From: Eledone cirrhosa
Taxonomy: Eukaryota
Reading direction: 5' to 3'
DNA length: 64,000 nt
Assembly: GCA_964016885.1 (NCBI GenBank)
Contig: OZ024754.1
Location: 35,960,001 to 36,024,000, forward strand
The notes below the pieces were generated by a model. That model did no database searches, was not told the origin of the DNA, and was given only the letters and a program-made list of their open reading frames with translations. Within the stretch, counting starts at the first letter, position 1. Every line of letters starts with the position of its first letter. This document shows positions 1-13,912 of this stretch, in pieces. Position numbers and translations under genes: made by a program.

Positions 1-142
1 TCCGACGGCAGAGCTCAAGCTGTCGAAACGGCTTGAGCTCTGCCGTCGGGTTAAACATTTTCCTATTACCCACTCTACTACCCTAAGTATTGAGTACTCT
101 GGTGCGTTATGGTCCATCTGGTTCCTCACCACACTTCCTTCG

Positions 143-198
<56 letters not shown>

Positions 199-200
<2 letters not shown>

Positions 201-402
201 CGTAAGAAATGTGGTAAGGAACCAGGTGGACCATAACGCACCAGAGTACTCAATACTTAGGGTAGTAGAGTGGGTAATATGAACGAGTAGGACCCCGACG
301 GCTGAGCTCAAGCCATTTCGACGGCTAATTCTGGACGGCTAATTCAGTCCAGAATTAGCCGTCGAAATGGCTTGAGCTCAGCCGTCGGGGTCCTACTCGT
401 TC
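199..402. mobile_element. Family A fold-back PLE terminal-repeat cassette in (TA)n (other copies 1-144, 15310-15497, 30629-30707, 34720-34763, 47358-47499, 62077-62176, 63410-63612)
   Basis: Near-identical gacggctgagctcaagccgtttcgacggctaatt unit, usually in inverted arrangement. Carries the 3' half of a hammerhead (…aattagccgtc-GAAA-cggct(tgagctc)agccg-TC). Confidence 0.8.
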
Positions 403-438
403 ATATATATATATATATATATACATACATATATATAT

Positions 439-509
<71 letters not shown>

Positions 510-540
510 CATATATATATACATACATATATATATATAT

Positions 541-702
<162 letters not shown>

Positions 703-1163
703 GTTAGAAAGTGAAGTAATAGTACGTGTGCATGTTGAGGGTGGGGACAGAAACGTAATAAGTAGGGGGTGGGAGCGGTGTAGTTCTACAAAATGACAGG
801 AATTCGAGTACAGTAGCGTTGTTGGGCAGGGGTGGGGCTGTGGACTGTGGAGCTTTGTGGTAGAAGAAATAAGGGAACTGGAAGAGTCGAACAGAGCAGT
901 TTTTGCACGGGGGGAGGGGCATGGGTTCCCACACTGGGGATATTTTGTCAACGTTTTTGTTTGCACATCCGTCTGGACACATAATCATAGCCACACACAT
1001 GTATATATATAAACCAATATATATACACACACACACGGATCGACACACACACACATACACACACACACACACATATATATATATATTATATATATAATAT
1101 ATATATATATATACATTAGTATATATATATATATATTATATAATATTACATGTATATATATAT

Positions 1164-1198
<35 letters not shown>

Positions 1199-1719
1199 CA
1201 TTAGTATATATATATATATATATATTATATAATATTATATGTATATATATATATTATATAATATTATATATATATATATATTATATATATATATGCACAC
1301 ATACATATTTACATATATACATTCATACATACACATCCACCTACACACACACACACACACACACACATACACACACACACACACACACATACACACATAC
1401 ACACACACATACACACATACACACATACATATCTGTAAGTGCGTATGTATGTGGATGTATGTTTAACTACACATACAACCAAGTGTGAGCACATGGACCA
1501 AAAGTAAAAAATATGTAGACGGGTATATACATCTATACACATGTATATACACCTATACACATGTATACACACCTATTATACACAATAAATAATTGTTTCT
1601 ACTTTAGGCACAAGGCTAGTAAATACACAAGAAATAATAGAGATCGACACGCACTACACTCAACACGACATGGAGACAAAACCTACTTCAATAGAGGCCC
1701 GGAATATGGATAGGGTACA

Positions 1720-1765
<46 letters not shown>

Positions 1766-1772
1766 AACACAT

Positions 1773-1803
<31 letters not shown>

Positions 1804-1860
1804 CACACATAGACAGAAAAATACATATATGTACATTGACACACACATACACACACATAT

Positions 1861-1897
<37 letters not shown>

Positions 1898-2113
1898 CAC
1901 ACACACATAGACACACAAATACATATATGTACATTGACACACACATACACACACATATAGACACACAAATACATATATGTACATTGACACACACATACAC
2001 ACACAAAGTCACAGACACACACACACAACACACATATATATATACACACACATATAGACACACATATACATATATATATACATTGACACACACATACATA
2101 CACAAAGTCACAG

Positions 2114-2167
<54 letters not shown>

Positions 2168-2235
2168 GCACACACACATACACACATGCATATATACACA
2201 CACACAAGCACACACACACACACATATGTATATGT

Positions 2236-2286
<51 letters not shown>

Positions 2287-2598
2287 CACAGACACGCACA
2301 CTCACAGACACAATCTAACGCAAAGATATATATAGAGAGAGACAAGCACACATACACACACACACACATACTCACACACACATAGAGAAAGAAATGTGTG
2401 TTATGTAACGCACAAAAGAAGGAGGAAGTAACTATGGTGACACACGTGTACTTTGGTGGAAAGTTCTCGATGCAATGGTGTTGTCAAACAATTTCCATTC
2501 TTAACCGGAAGTTCTTTCAATTGCGACATTAATTCTGTCCCAAATTGATGCATGAACGTCACGGCTTCTACTGCCAATATAAATAGTTAACACGCACG

Positions 2599-2678
<80 letters not shown>

Positions 2679-3082
2679 GACACAAACACAGACACACACA
2701 CACAGACACACGTATACACACACACACATATATGTTGGGTCAAGTATGAAATTTGTAGAAATTTGTAGAAAAAAAAAAATTCTTCAAATTTCATAGTTGA
2801 CGCCCCAATATATATATGTATATATATATAATAATTGTTTCTACTTTTGGCACAAGACCAGCAATTACCCAGTGCATTACTGGTACTTTATTTTATCGAC
2901 CCCGTAAGGATGAAATGCAAAGCTAACCTCGGCGGGATTTGAACTCAGAATAGAAAGGGCTGTAACTCTATACGTCAAAGCCTCTACCGATACTGCCAAT
3001 CCACAATAATAATAATAAATGTGAAGACTAAAATCCAAAGAGGGTTCGATAAGGATAATCTGTTAATCTGTTATTTTAATAA

Positions 3083-3138
<56 letters not shown>

Positions 3139-3328
3139 GTAAGTATGTATGTATACGTACATACATATATGTATACAGACGTACAGTAGCATGCATATAT
3201 ATACACATATATATATATACATATACATATATATACATATATACATACAGGTACACATTTATTTGTAAGTGCCATACTAAGAGTGAGAAATGAAATTTCG
3301 TTTTCATTTTTTTCAACTTTTTTTTCAA

Positions 3329-3386
<58 letters not shown>

Positions 3387-3726
3387 AAAGTTTTATTTAA
3401 AATTGTTGGGTTACAACGAGTAAATATTTTATAACTGATATAAAGCACTCGACAGATTTTGGAGTATTTTACGATATAAAACAAAGGGAAACTACATTTA
3501 TAAAACCATATTTATTTCATTATATATATTTCAGGGATATCATATTAAAAATATGGTATGCCCTCTTCAGATAAAATACAATATATAAACAGTTTTATAA
3601 ATAAATTTGACATACCTTAGAATTTTTACAACTTCCATTTAAAAAGTTGTTATAACAACTTTTTAAATGGAAGTTGTAAAAATTCTAAGGTATGTCAAAT
3701 TTATTTATAAAACTGTTTATATATTG

Positions 3727-3792
3727 TATTTTATCTGAAGAGGGCATACCATATTTTTAATATGATATCCCTGAAATATATATAATGAAATA
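3727..3792 (+). ncRNA. Minimal hammerhead ribozyme, family C (mirror copy on minus strand at 3513-3578)
   Basis: tattttat-CTGAAGA-gggcatac…atatccct-GAAA-tatata-TA-atgaaata; stem I 8 bp. Confidence 0.75.
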
Positions 3793-3833
3793 AATATGGT
3801 TTTATAAATGTAGTTTCCATTTGTTTTATATCG

Positions 3834-3877
<44 letters not shown>

Positions 3878-3916
3878 GATATTAATAAATGGAAACTATA
3901 TTTATAAAACCATATT

Positions 3917-3981
3917 TATTTCATTATATATATTTCAAGGATACCAAGTTAAATTATGGTATGCCTTCATCAGACAAAATA
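3917..3981 (-). ncRNA. Minimal hammerhead ribozyme, family C (plus-strand copy 4062-4120 lacks most of stem I 5' strand)
   Basis: Minus strand: tattttgt-CTGATGA-aggcatacca…tggtatcctt-GAAA-tatata-TA-atgaaata. Confidence 0.75.
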
Positions 3982-4247
3982 CAATATATAACAGTTTTAT
4001 ATAATAGACATTGACGTACCCCTTTAAAAATTGACCGTTGCTTTTGGAGGCCATCAGGATAGTCTGATGAAGGCATACCATAATTTAACTTGGTATCCTT
4101 GAAATATATATAATGAAATAAATATGGTTTTATAAATATAGTTTCCATTTATTAATATCGTATATCTACTCCAAATATTTGTCGAGTGCTTTATATCAGT
4201 TATAAATATATTTGCTTGTTGTATCCCAACAATTTAAATAGAACTTT

Positions 4248-4316
<69 letters not shown>

Positions 4317-4375
4317 CAAGGCTCTGATACCATCAACACTATACATACAGAGCTGGCATATCTAAGAACTGACTA

Positions 4376-4431
4376 ACTGCCTGATGAGGTCATAGCCATT
4401 CAATGGCTATCATCGAAATATATATAGCAGT
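4376..4431 (+). ncRNA. Minimal type I hammerhead ribozyme (palindromic TATATA stem-III loop)
   Basis: actgc-CTGATGA-ggtcatagcca(ttcaa)tggctatcatc-GAAA-tatata-TA-gcagt, inside a (TA)n-flanked island 4312-4478. Confidence 0.8.
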
Positions 4432-4471
4432 AAATAAAAGATTATGAGTTCATGCAATTGACTTAAGTTTC

Positions 4472-4521
<50 letters not shown>

Positions 4522-5031
4522 AAATGTGTGAAATCCTTGGAACAGTTATATATATTTAAAAAAAAGGAAAAGAATGACTTCACTTGCAGTTCTAAACAAT
4601 TTGATTTAACTTAATAATATTTTAATATTATGAGTTGGTCGATCTAGTATCCACCCAAACAAACACACAACTCACAATATTATATTATTAACCGAGGTTA
4701 ACTTTGCCTTTCATCCTTATGGGGTTGATAAAATAAAGTACCAGTAATACACTGGTAATTGCTGGCCTTGTGCCAAAAGTAGAAACAATTATATTATTAT
4801 AAAATTAAATCAAATTGTTTAAAATTACAAATGAAGTCATTATTTTCCTTTTTACAAATATATTTATATTTATCGATTTTAAATCGTATGGTTGATTGTA
4901 GACTTGTTCTATATGTGACGGTATTTTAACGATAGTTATAGCTCTGATTCATCTGAATTATTGAGCCCTCTGCCGCTCATATCGAATTTCGTTTATCGTG
5001 AACTCGTGCGCCGATTTTTCGATACTCGATC

Positions 5032-5127
<96 letters not shown>

Positions 5128-5128
<1 letters not shown>

Positions 5129-5317
5129 TCCCGGGTTCAATCGGGGGTAACTACAGTAAGTAAGGTACTCAATACATAGCAGAGTATAAATATTTAATAT
5201 AGAAAAGGCTTCTACAGGACTAGAACTGTTTCATTCCAAGGAAATCATCAGGGCTTTCCTGATGATTTCCTTGGAATGAAACAGTTCTAGTCCTGTAGAA
5301 GCCTTTTCTATATTAAA
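5128..5317. mobile_element. Family D fold-back cassette (copies 51688-51862, 59346-59507, 62290-62445)
   Basis: ttctacaggactagaactgtttcatt / aatgaaacagttctagtcctgtagaa inverted pair plus a tail ending …ccgattgaacccggga. Microsatellite-flanked. Confidence 0.8.
5252..5303 (+). ncRNA. Hammerhead ribozyme, family D
   Basis: ggctttc-CTGATGA-tttccttggaat-GAAA-cag(ttctagtc)ctg-TA-gaagcc. The copy at 59357-59407 (-) shows stem I ggcttc/gaagcc but a mutated core (CTGGTGA). Confidence 0.7.
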
Positions 5318-5330
5318 CACACACACACAC

Positions 5331-5446
<116 letters not shown>

Positions 5447-5460
5447 TAATAATAATAAAT

Positions 5461-5649
5461 TTGAAGACTAAAATCCAAAGAGGGCTCCATAAGGATAAAT
5501 ATATATCAAATATATAAGAACCGTTGAGCAAATATTTATTAAAATAACAGATTAAAGTTTAAGCAAAGAATCGCTGCTTTCACCCTTAACGGGATCTTCT
5601 GAAACAGCGATTCTTTGCTTAAACTTTAATCTGTTATTTTAATAAATAT
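5461..5649. mobile_element. Family B fold-back cassette (copies 3021-3086, 28260-28444, 48551-48700, 59551-59601)
   Basis: gaagactaaaatccaaagagggct…aataacagattaaagtttaagcaaagaatcg with inverted short arm. Minus strand at 48669-48692 reads CTGAAGA-tccc(gttaa)gggt-GAAA. Confidence 0.75.
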
Positions 5650-5671
5650 ATAAATATATATATATATATAT

Positions 5672-6060
5672 AAAATATTAAACAAATAATGAACAAACAA
5701 TTCCTTATATTAAACAAAAAAAGTTCACTATTTAACGATCGTTTCTAGGGCATATATGTGTTATAATTGGTATGCATATTTAACAGATCTATGTACAAAA
5801 TTATACATAGATCTGTTAAATATGCATACCAATTATAACACATATATGCCCTAGAAACGATCGTTAAATAGTGAACTTTTTTTGTTTAATATAAGGAATT
5901 GTTTGTTCATTATTTGTTTAATATTTTATCTTGACTCTGTATACCGTTTATCTTTCACCGAAAGTGGATTTTCATTACATCTCTTCTTTCCATGATATCC
6001 GGAATACATTGAGTTCTTCATACGGATTGGACACTACCGTAAACTCTTGGTAGATTTATC

Positions 6061-6062
<2 letters not shown>
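5672..6062. mobile_element. Fold-back cassette (124-bp arms, 8-nt loop, 5672-5927) plus ~135-bp tail in (TA)n
   Basis: Perfect inverted repeat centred on 5796-5803; contains GAAA-cgatcg-TT, a putative hammerhead 3' half. Confidence 0.7.
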
Positions 6063-6146
<84 letters not shown>

Positions 6147-6167
6147 TATATATACACACATATATAT

Positions 6168-6210
<43 letters not shown>

Positions 6211-6255
6211 TATATATATACACACACATATATATATATATACACACATACACAC

Positions 6256-6313
<58 letters not shown>

Positions 6314-6465
6314 TAGAATTCCGGAGAGTTTCTTCTGTTGCTGAAAATACCATTTTTGTCAATTAACTTAAGCAAGTTTACGTCATTTGGTAAAATGTTA
6401 ACTGTAGATTATCATTCACATTACTCAAATTTGTCTTTTTAAGCATTAAGCTATCATTATTGTTA

Positions 6466-6654
6466 CGGCGGTGGATTGGCAGTATCGGTAGAGGGTCGGA
6501 CGCCATGCTTTCCAGCATAGTTACGTCCCTTTACGATCTGAGTTCAAATCCCGCCGAGGTTGACTTTGCCTTTCATCCTTACGGGGTCGATAAAATAAAG
6601 TACCAGTAATGCACTGGATAATTGCTGGCCTTGTGCCTAAAGTAGAAACAATTA
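6466..6654 (+). mobile_element. tRNA-derived Meta-domain SINE, dominant family (other copies ~2832-3004-, 4692-4793+, 7450-7631+, 9839-9990+, 10563-10783-, 10948-11100+, 11151-11333+, 13919-14003-, 14129-14320-, 22772-22965+, 26501-26687-, 33461-33583+, 33596-33702+, 34844-35027+, 42514-42678+)
   Basis: A-box tggcagtatcgg, B-box gagttcaaatcc, central gcctttcatccttacggggtcgataaaataaagtaccag, tail gtagaaacaattatt; 12-bp TSD attattgttacg. Confidence 0.9.
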
Positions 6655-7667
6655 TTGTTACGTGTGGGACTCGCAGTCATACCAAATTTATCGTTTACGC
6701 TTTTTTAAATATATTTGTTTTGTTTGCGTTCTTTGCGTGACATTTGATTTAACAATTCTCCTCTGACGGGAGCCATTTTGAATTAGATATAAAGTAAACC
6801 GAAATAAAATCACGCCAAAAGATGACAAAACCATATATTTCGCCCGATATAGGGGTAGACATCTAACTCACTTGGAGAGGTCCTTTTTAAAATATAGTTA
6901 CAGATCTTTATGTTGTTAGTTCGAACCCCACCTGAAGTCAAATTTGATAAATACAGTGCCAGTCAACCAGTCAAGTCCTCCAGATCGATATTATCGACTG
7001 CTTCCTCATACACAAATATCTGACCTCGTGCCTGTGTTTCATACAATTATTGTAATTATTAAAATAGTACATAAATAAATAAACAAATTATCATCCTCCC
7101 CATCATGATCATCATCATCATCATCATCATTATGTTCACCACTATCGATTGGGTATTGAAAGTACAAAAGCTGTGAAGCCTTAAATAAAATACGTGGCAC
7201 TTTTTCGTTTAATTTTCATGCGTTCTTCATAGAAGTCCTTTTAGGATCGATTCTATCTTTTGATGTTCATTAAATAAAAGGCGGGCCATAATTAGCTTAC
7301 TAATTACAAATAGACATAATAATGGCTTTCTCGTAATTGGACAGACAAATATTTAAAGTAGCCAATTAACGTACTTACATGAACTGGCTATTGGGAGTTT
7401 AGTTCTATTGAGTTCCGACCTGGTATACATGTGTATATCTATTTATCACTTGGCAGTATCGGTAGAGGGTTGGACGCCATGCTTTGATGCATAGAGTTAC
7501 GGCCCTTGCCATTCTGAGTTCAAATCCCGCCTAGGTTAACTTTGCCTTTCATCCTTACGGGGTCGATAAAATAAAGTACCAGTAATGCACTGATATAATT
7601 GCTGGCCTTGTGCCAAAAGCAGAAACAATTAACTGTATCTAAATTACTATAGGTATGTGATTTAGAC

Positions 7668-7915
7668 CAGGCATCTCAAACTGAGGGTCTCCCGAGGGCC
7701 ACATGGGTCACATATGTGTTGTCTGAGGGCCACAAGAGTCACATGTGTTGTCTGAGGGCCACACACGACAACTTATTGCGCACATTACAACTAATTTTTT
7801 TAATTTTATATTACGAAGATAAAACATGCTCGCGCTGTAAAAACCTTTGTGCGGGCCGCAGGTATGCTTGTTAAGGGTCGCATTCGGCCCGCGGGCCGCA
7901 TGTTTGACATGCCTG
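7668..7915. mobile_element. hAT (Charlie-like) MITE
   Basis: TIR caggcat(c/g)tcaaac; 8-bp TSD atttagac at 7660-7667 and 7916-7923. Confidence 0.88.
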
Positions 7916-8185
7916 ATTTAGACAATACAATGTTTACCTGGAAAGAAACAATGCAGTTATTAGTAAGAATAGTTGAAATTAATGCAAGATTTTACAGCTC
8001 TAGCATCACTACTTTTGGAATAAAAATAGTGCATCTTTTTTATACACAAAAGTTTCTTTTTTAATCGCCTTTCTTAGCAGTAAAACAAAGAGCTAATTGT
8101 AGTTCACTCTGTATGTATTAAGTTAGCGCTGGTATCATCACAAGTTTAACTTCAAGAAAAGTGAAATGGTTTCAACTGAGAAGAA

Positions 8186-8710
8186 TTGAACGATTCATTC
8201 CTTTCATTTAATTTAGTCTCCGGCCTTCCATCACTCGTGAACACAGCCCCAAGATACTTGAACTTCTCTACCTACTTCAATGGAAGTCCATTCACATGTA
8301 GAGTGCTCTGCGCACGCTTCCTTGAGGGGACGAGTGTCTCAGTTTTCGCAGCACTGATTTTCATCGTCTGTCGATGTAAGTAACACCATGTCGTCTGCAA
8401 ATTCCAGTCGACTGATTTTACACCCGTCAATTATGACATCACTTCCAGCCTGGCTGCGCATGTCAATCCTGTTTATGTAAATAATGAACAGGAGAGGTGA
8501 GAGTAGACACCATTGGCGGAGTCTGACTCCCACATTGAATGGTTTCGATTTAGCACCATTTATCCGAACACAAACATTCGGACATTCGTATAGAGACATC
8601 ATGGCAGCAAGGAGCTGACCATAGATCCCATACTCCTGCAGAACCTTCCACAGCAGGTTCCGAGAAACGTGATCATATATCTTTTCAGGGTCGACAAAAC
8701 AAGAATACAC
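8186..8710 (-). pseudogene. RTE-clade LINE reverse transcriptase fragment
   Basis: FVDPEKIYDHVSR, VRINGAKSKPFNVGVRLRQWCLLSPLLFIIY, LEFADDMVLL; continues after a frameshift to KFKYLGAVFTSDG. Confidence 0.85.
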
Positions 8711-10241
8711 CTCTTAGCAATGCTCACTTTGTTACTTTTAGCGGAGTTGCACTTTATTGCAAGCATTTCTTTCTTTTTCTCTCTCTGACTAAAAGACACA
8801 AATAAATAAATACATTCATAAAATATATAAATGAAACGGAACCTCGTCAATGAGAATCGAAACCGGATCGATGATTGTCATAATGATTTTGCATAATATG
8901 AATAACAATAATTAAAACAACAACTGTGGTCTGTGAGTAGAAATCTCTTTCATCTCTTCAATGTGAATAAAATCATTAACAGACATTTGCAGGAGATCAA
9001 TTCAATTATCAATTCCATCCTTCTGACAAATCTGAAGCTATTTGTCAATGTGAGCGAATCAATAGGAATAGAAAGGTTAATGAATGAACCTTTAAAAGAG
9101 AACTATTAAGAAGTAATGTGAAGAAGCAATTAATTCAAAGGAAGACGACCTAACTAATTATATAGAAAACCTTAAGTAGCTTTGGTTGGAAACTTTTGAG
9201 CTGCACTCATTTCAGATGTGAAGTTCAGCGCCTTCCAGACGCAACTTTGCATTTCATTAACTTTAAAGGGTTGATTAAAATAAATACCAGCATTACACCG
9301 GATGATGGGTTGTCAAAGTGTACGACTAAAGGATGTTGAACCACTTAACACGGTTTGATGTCACGTGATTATTTCCTCCAGCTTGCCTTACAGTGAAGCA
9401 GCTGCCACATGGATTGCTGCGAGTGGAGAATGTTTTCTTTTGTAGAAGACTAATTTGTAAAAAGCACTTACGAACAGAAACTGTCTGAGAACGAGAAATG
9501 AAGAGATTGTAAGAGAAAGGGTTTGATAGATGAATGGATATAGAGAGAGGGGGAGAGAAAGACAAAACAGAAATGAAGTGGAGTGAGAGGGACAATGCCA
9601 GCGGGATTCAAAATCACAATGATTATATTTCTGGTTTAAAAATATAAATAATTAAATTACTAATATCTATTCTTTTCACTCGAGAATTAATATAGTCGTA
9701 TTAAGTCGCGCGGAGAAGGAATAAGCCTGCGACCAGCCGAATCATAACCTTCTGTTAATAAGCTAAATGTAATTATGAGGTTTGTGTACAGTTTTCTATA
9801 ACAGAATGAGGAATACTATATTATTAAGTAGCCAACAAGGGCGATGAATTGGCAGAATTGTTAGAGCGTCAGACAAAATGCCTTAGGATATTTTTTTTCC
9901 AGTTCTTTATATTCTCAGTTCAAATCCTGCCGTGGTTAGCTTTGCTTTTCAATCACCCCCGTGTAGTTGGTAAAGTACTGGAGCCAATATAATCGTCTTT
10001 TCCTCACTCGCATTGAATTACCCCTCTTATGGCTCTTCCAACGCATCTCCCTTACCCTCCTCCTCCGGGGAAACGCCTTCTCCATTCTGTCCGCCGGGGC
10101 CGTGGGGAGGCCAGCACGTGGGACCCCATTTGCTCATAATACAGAGAAATAGGGTGGGCGAGAGAGATGGAGGCGATGACAGTGGGAGTTCGGTCCTTCT
10201 GTGTTCGGACACATTTATCTATTCTATGTTGCAGATACACT

Positions 10242-10298
10242 GATGTTTATGTTAAGAGAGGAGCTGAGCTGTCAACTGATCACCATCAAGTTATCTGC
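10242..10298 (+). mobile_element. Tiny RTE APE-endonuclease remnant
   Basis: Translates DVYVKRGAELSTDHHQVIC, the typical C-terminal SDH motif of RTE endonucleases. Confidence 0.55.
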
Positions 10299-12011
10299 AA
10301 TCGATACTACCTAAAGCCCAAATTAACAGGTCCAGGGTGACCTTCAGGATAAAGTGGGGAGCGTTGGTAGATAAGGAGCTCAAGACCAGGTATACCTAGC
10401 TATGCTAGAAACAATTATTAAATAGCCAACAGTCATGGACGAAACCAAGAAAAACCTCACAGGAAAAACAATCACAGAATATAGGAACTAAAGTAAAACC
10501 CCATTTTATTTAAATATAATTTATTTGAAATGTAATTTTAAATAAAATATTATTTAAAAGATAATAATGATTTCTAGTATATGCACAAGACCAGTAATTT
10601 GGGGGAGGGAATGTCGATTAAATCGACCCCAGTGCATTACTGGTGCCTTATTTTATCGACACTGTAAGAATGAAAGGCAAAGTTAAGCTCGGCGGGATTT
10701 GAACTCAGACTGTAATGGGCCGTAACTCTATGCTACAAAGCATCGTGTCCGACTTTCTATCGATACTGCCAATCCACCGCCCTAATTTAAAAGGTAATAA
10801 AGAAAAAACAATGCACTAAAAACACTTAAATTTCGGTTTAAACCTTATTTCCTAGACAAAAGTGTGACTTTATTCCCGTGAATATATTTCCGTTCACCAA
10901 ATATTGATACCATTTGTGAAACCAATCAATATATCTGATACATTTATGGTGGTGAATTGGCAGATTCGTTAGAGCTTCAGACAAAATGTGTTGTGGCATT
11001 TGTATCGGATTTGTGCAATCTATATTTAAATATCACACGGACTGTCTTTATCGTTCATCCTTTCATGGTCGATAAAATAAAGAACCAGTCCCTGGTGCTG
11101 GACCGGCGGAATTGTTAGAGAACCGGACCAGATATATTATGATATTACGATGGCAGTATCGGTAGAGGGTCGGACGTCCTGCTTTGTAGCATAGAGTTAT
11201 GGGGCTTCACGGTCTGAGTTCAAATCCCGCCGAGGTTAACTTTGCCTTTCATCCTTACCTGGGTTTATAAAATAAAGTACCAGTAATGCACTGGGATAAT
11301 TGCTGGCCTTGTGCCAAATAGTAGAAACAATTATGATATTTGTTTAGGCTATTGGCGTTCTGAATTAAAATCGCACCGTGGCCTACTTAACGGCAGTCTT
11401 AATCCGTTGCCCAATTTAACACCACATCGTGGTCCATGGGATTTCTAATGAGGGGCCACTCTGTTGAAAGTAGTCGGGCTAAGTCGGTTGCGGTCGGGGT
11501 CGGTGGTTATAAAAAGTGTCATGGAATACCTCCTAAACAGTAAAAAAGCAATTAAAAATCAGACATCTTAGGCCACATAAAAGAAAGACTACTCATCAGA
11601 TTCGCAACCCCCCTCCCCTTCCCCAGTATATTGCAAACACTAACTGACAGACGCTCGGTTTTCTCGCTTTGCTTTCCTATCATCATTAACATATTACCAT
11701 AATCTCTGATATTCTGAACTAATTACTTTTATAACATCTCCAAGGCACATTTACCCCATTCATATCTCTTCTTTACTTTCCGCCGCCGCCTTTCACCGCC
11801 TTTCGTTACTTTCCGCCGCCTTTCGTTACCTTCCGTCGCCTTTCGTTACCTTCCGTCTCCTTCCGTCACCTCTCGTTACCTTCCGTCACCTTCACAATTT
11901 CCCACATATTAAATGTAATACTTCGACTTTTTCATGAAACTATGTGTCTGTTTCTGGAAAGTTCCGATATTGTCCAAGTGAAAGGCAAAGGTCAATACAA
12001 CTTTGAATCAT

Positions 12012-13912
12012 CATATATAAACTATATATGCACTGTATATATATACTGTATATACACTGTGGTATATAAACTATATATACACAGTATATACACTGTGGTA
12101 TATACATGTAGTAGATATACTGTAGTATATATACTGTGGTATATATACTGTGGTATATATACTGTGGTATATACACTGTGGTATATACAGTGCAATATAT
12201 ACAGTGTGGTATATATACTGTATATACACTGTGGTATATACAGTGCAGTATATACAGTGTGGTATATATACTGTATATACACTGTGCTATATACACTGTG
12301 GTATATAAACTATATATACACAGTATATATACTGTGGTATATATACTGTGGTATATACACTGTGCTATATACACTGTGGTATATAAACTATATATACACA
12401 GTATATACACTGTGGTATATACATGTAGTATATATACTGTAGTATATACACTGTGGTATATACATTGTGGTATATACATGTAGTATATACACTGTAGTAT
12501 ATATACTGTGGTATATACACTGTAGTATATACATGTAGTATATATACTGTAGTATATATACTGTGGTATATACACTGTAGTATATACACTGTAGTATATA
12601 TACTGTGGTATATACACTGTAGTATATACATGTAGTATATATACTGTAGTATATATACTGTGGTATATATACTTTGGTATATATACTGTGGTATATATAC
12701 TGTGGTATATACACTGTGGTATATACATTGTGGTATGTACATGTAGTATATATACTGTAGTATATATACTGTGGTATATACACTGTAGTATATACACTGT
12801 GGTATATACAGTGTGGTATATACACTGTGGTATATACACTGTGGTATATACATGTAGTATATATTCTGTAGTATATACACTGTGGTATATACATTATGGT
12901 ATATACATGTAGTATATACACTGTAGTATATATACTGTGGTATATACACTGTAGTATATACATGTAGTATATATACTGTAGTATATATACTGTGGTATAT
13001 ACACTGTAGTATATACACTGTAGTATATATACTGTGGTATATACACTGTAGTATATACATGTAGTATATATACTGTAGTATATATACTGTGGTATATATA
13101 CTGTGGTATATATACTGTGGTATATATACTGTGGTATATACACTGTGGTATATACATTGTGGTATGTACATGTAGTATATATACTGTAGTATATATACTG
13201 TGGTATATACACTGTAGTATATACACTGTGGTATATACAGTGTGGTATATACAGTGTGGTATATACACTGTGGTATATACACTGTGGTATATACATGTAG
13301 TATATATTCTGTAGTATATACACTGTGGTATATACATTGTGGTATATACATGTAGTATATATACTGTAGTATATATACTGTGGTATATATTCTGTGGTAT
13401 ATACACTGTGGTATATACAATGTGGCATATACACTGTGGTATATATACACTGTGGTATATATACTGTATATACACTGTCGTATATATGCTGTAGTATATA
13501 CACTGTGGTATATACACTGTGGTATATACACTGTAGTAGTTACACTATAGTATATACACTGTAGTATATACACTGTGGTATATACTCTGTGGTATAAATA
13601 CTCTGGTATATACAACAGTGTAAATACTACAGTGTATATACTACAGTGTATATACTACAGTGTATATACACTGTAGTATATACAACAGTGTATATATACA
13701 CTGTAGTATATACACTGTATATACACTGTGATATATATACTGTAGTATATACACTGTAGTATATACACTGTAGTATATACACTGTGTTATATACACTGTG
13801 GTATATACACTGTAGTATATACACTTTCGTATATACACTGTAGTATATACACTGTGGCATATACACTGTGGTATATACACTGTGGTATATACACTGGTAT
13901 ATACACTATATA
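12012..13912. repeat. 14-bp minisatellite (tatatacactgtgg variants) with 429-bp higher-order repeat
   Basis: Direct inspection; identical variant blocks at 12688 and 13117. Confidence 0.9.

Larger units (their letters stand above)
3384..4250. mobile_element. Two adjacent family C fold-back cassettes (3384-3834, 3877-4250); further copy 59025-59281
   Basis: Near-perfect palindrome 3471-3834. The second unit has the opposite orientation. Hammerhead motifs in both arms, (TA)n between and around. Confidence 0.8.

Noticed and set aside
4320-4332. ggctctgatacca, reverse complement of a plant-type tRNAiMet primer-binding site
   Set aside because: No LTR or gag/pol nearby and the animal tRNAiMet 3' end differs; treated as chance.
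11940-13615. 300-400-aa Tyr/Ile/Thr-rich ORFs (also 45924-47021, 60429-60968)
   Set aside because: Translations of minisatellites, open in multiple frames.
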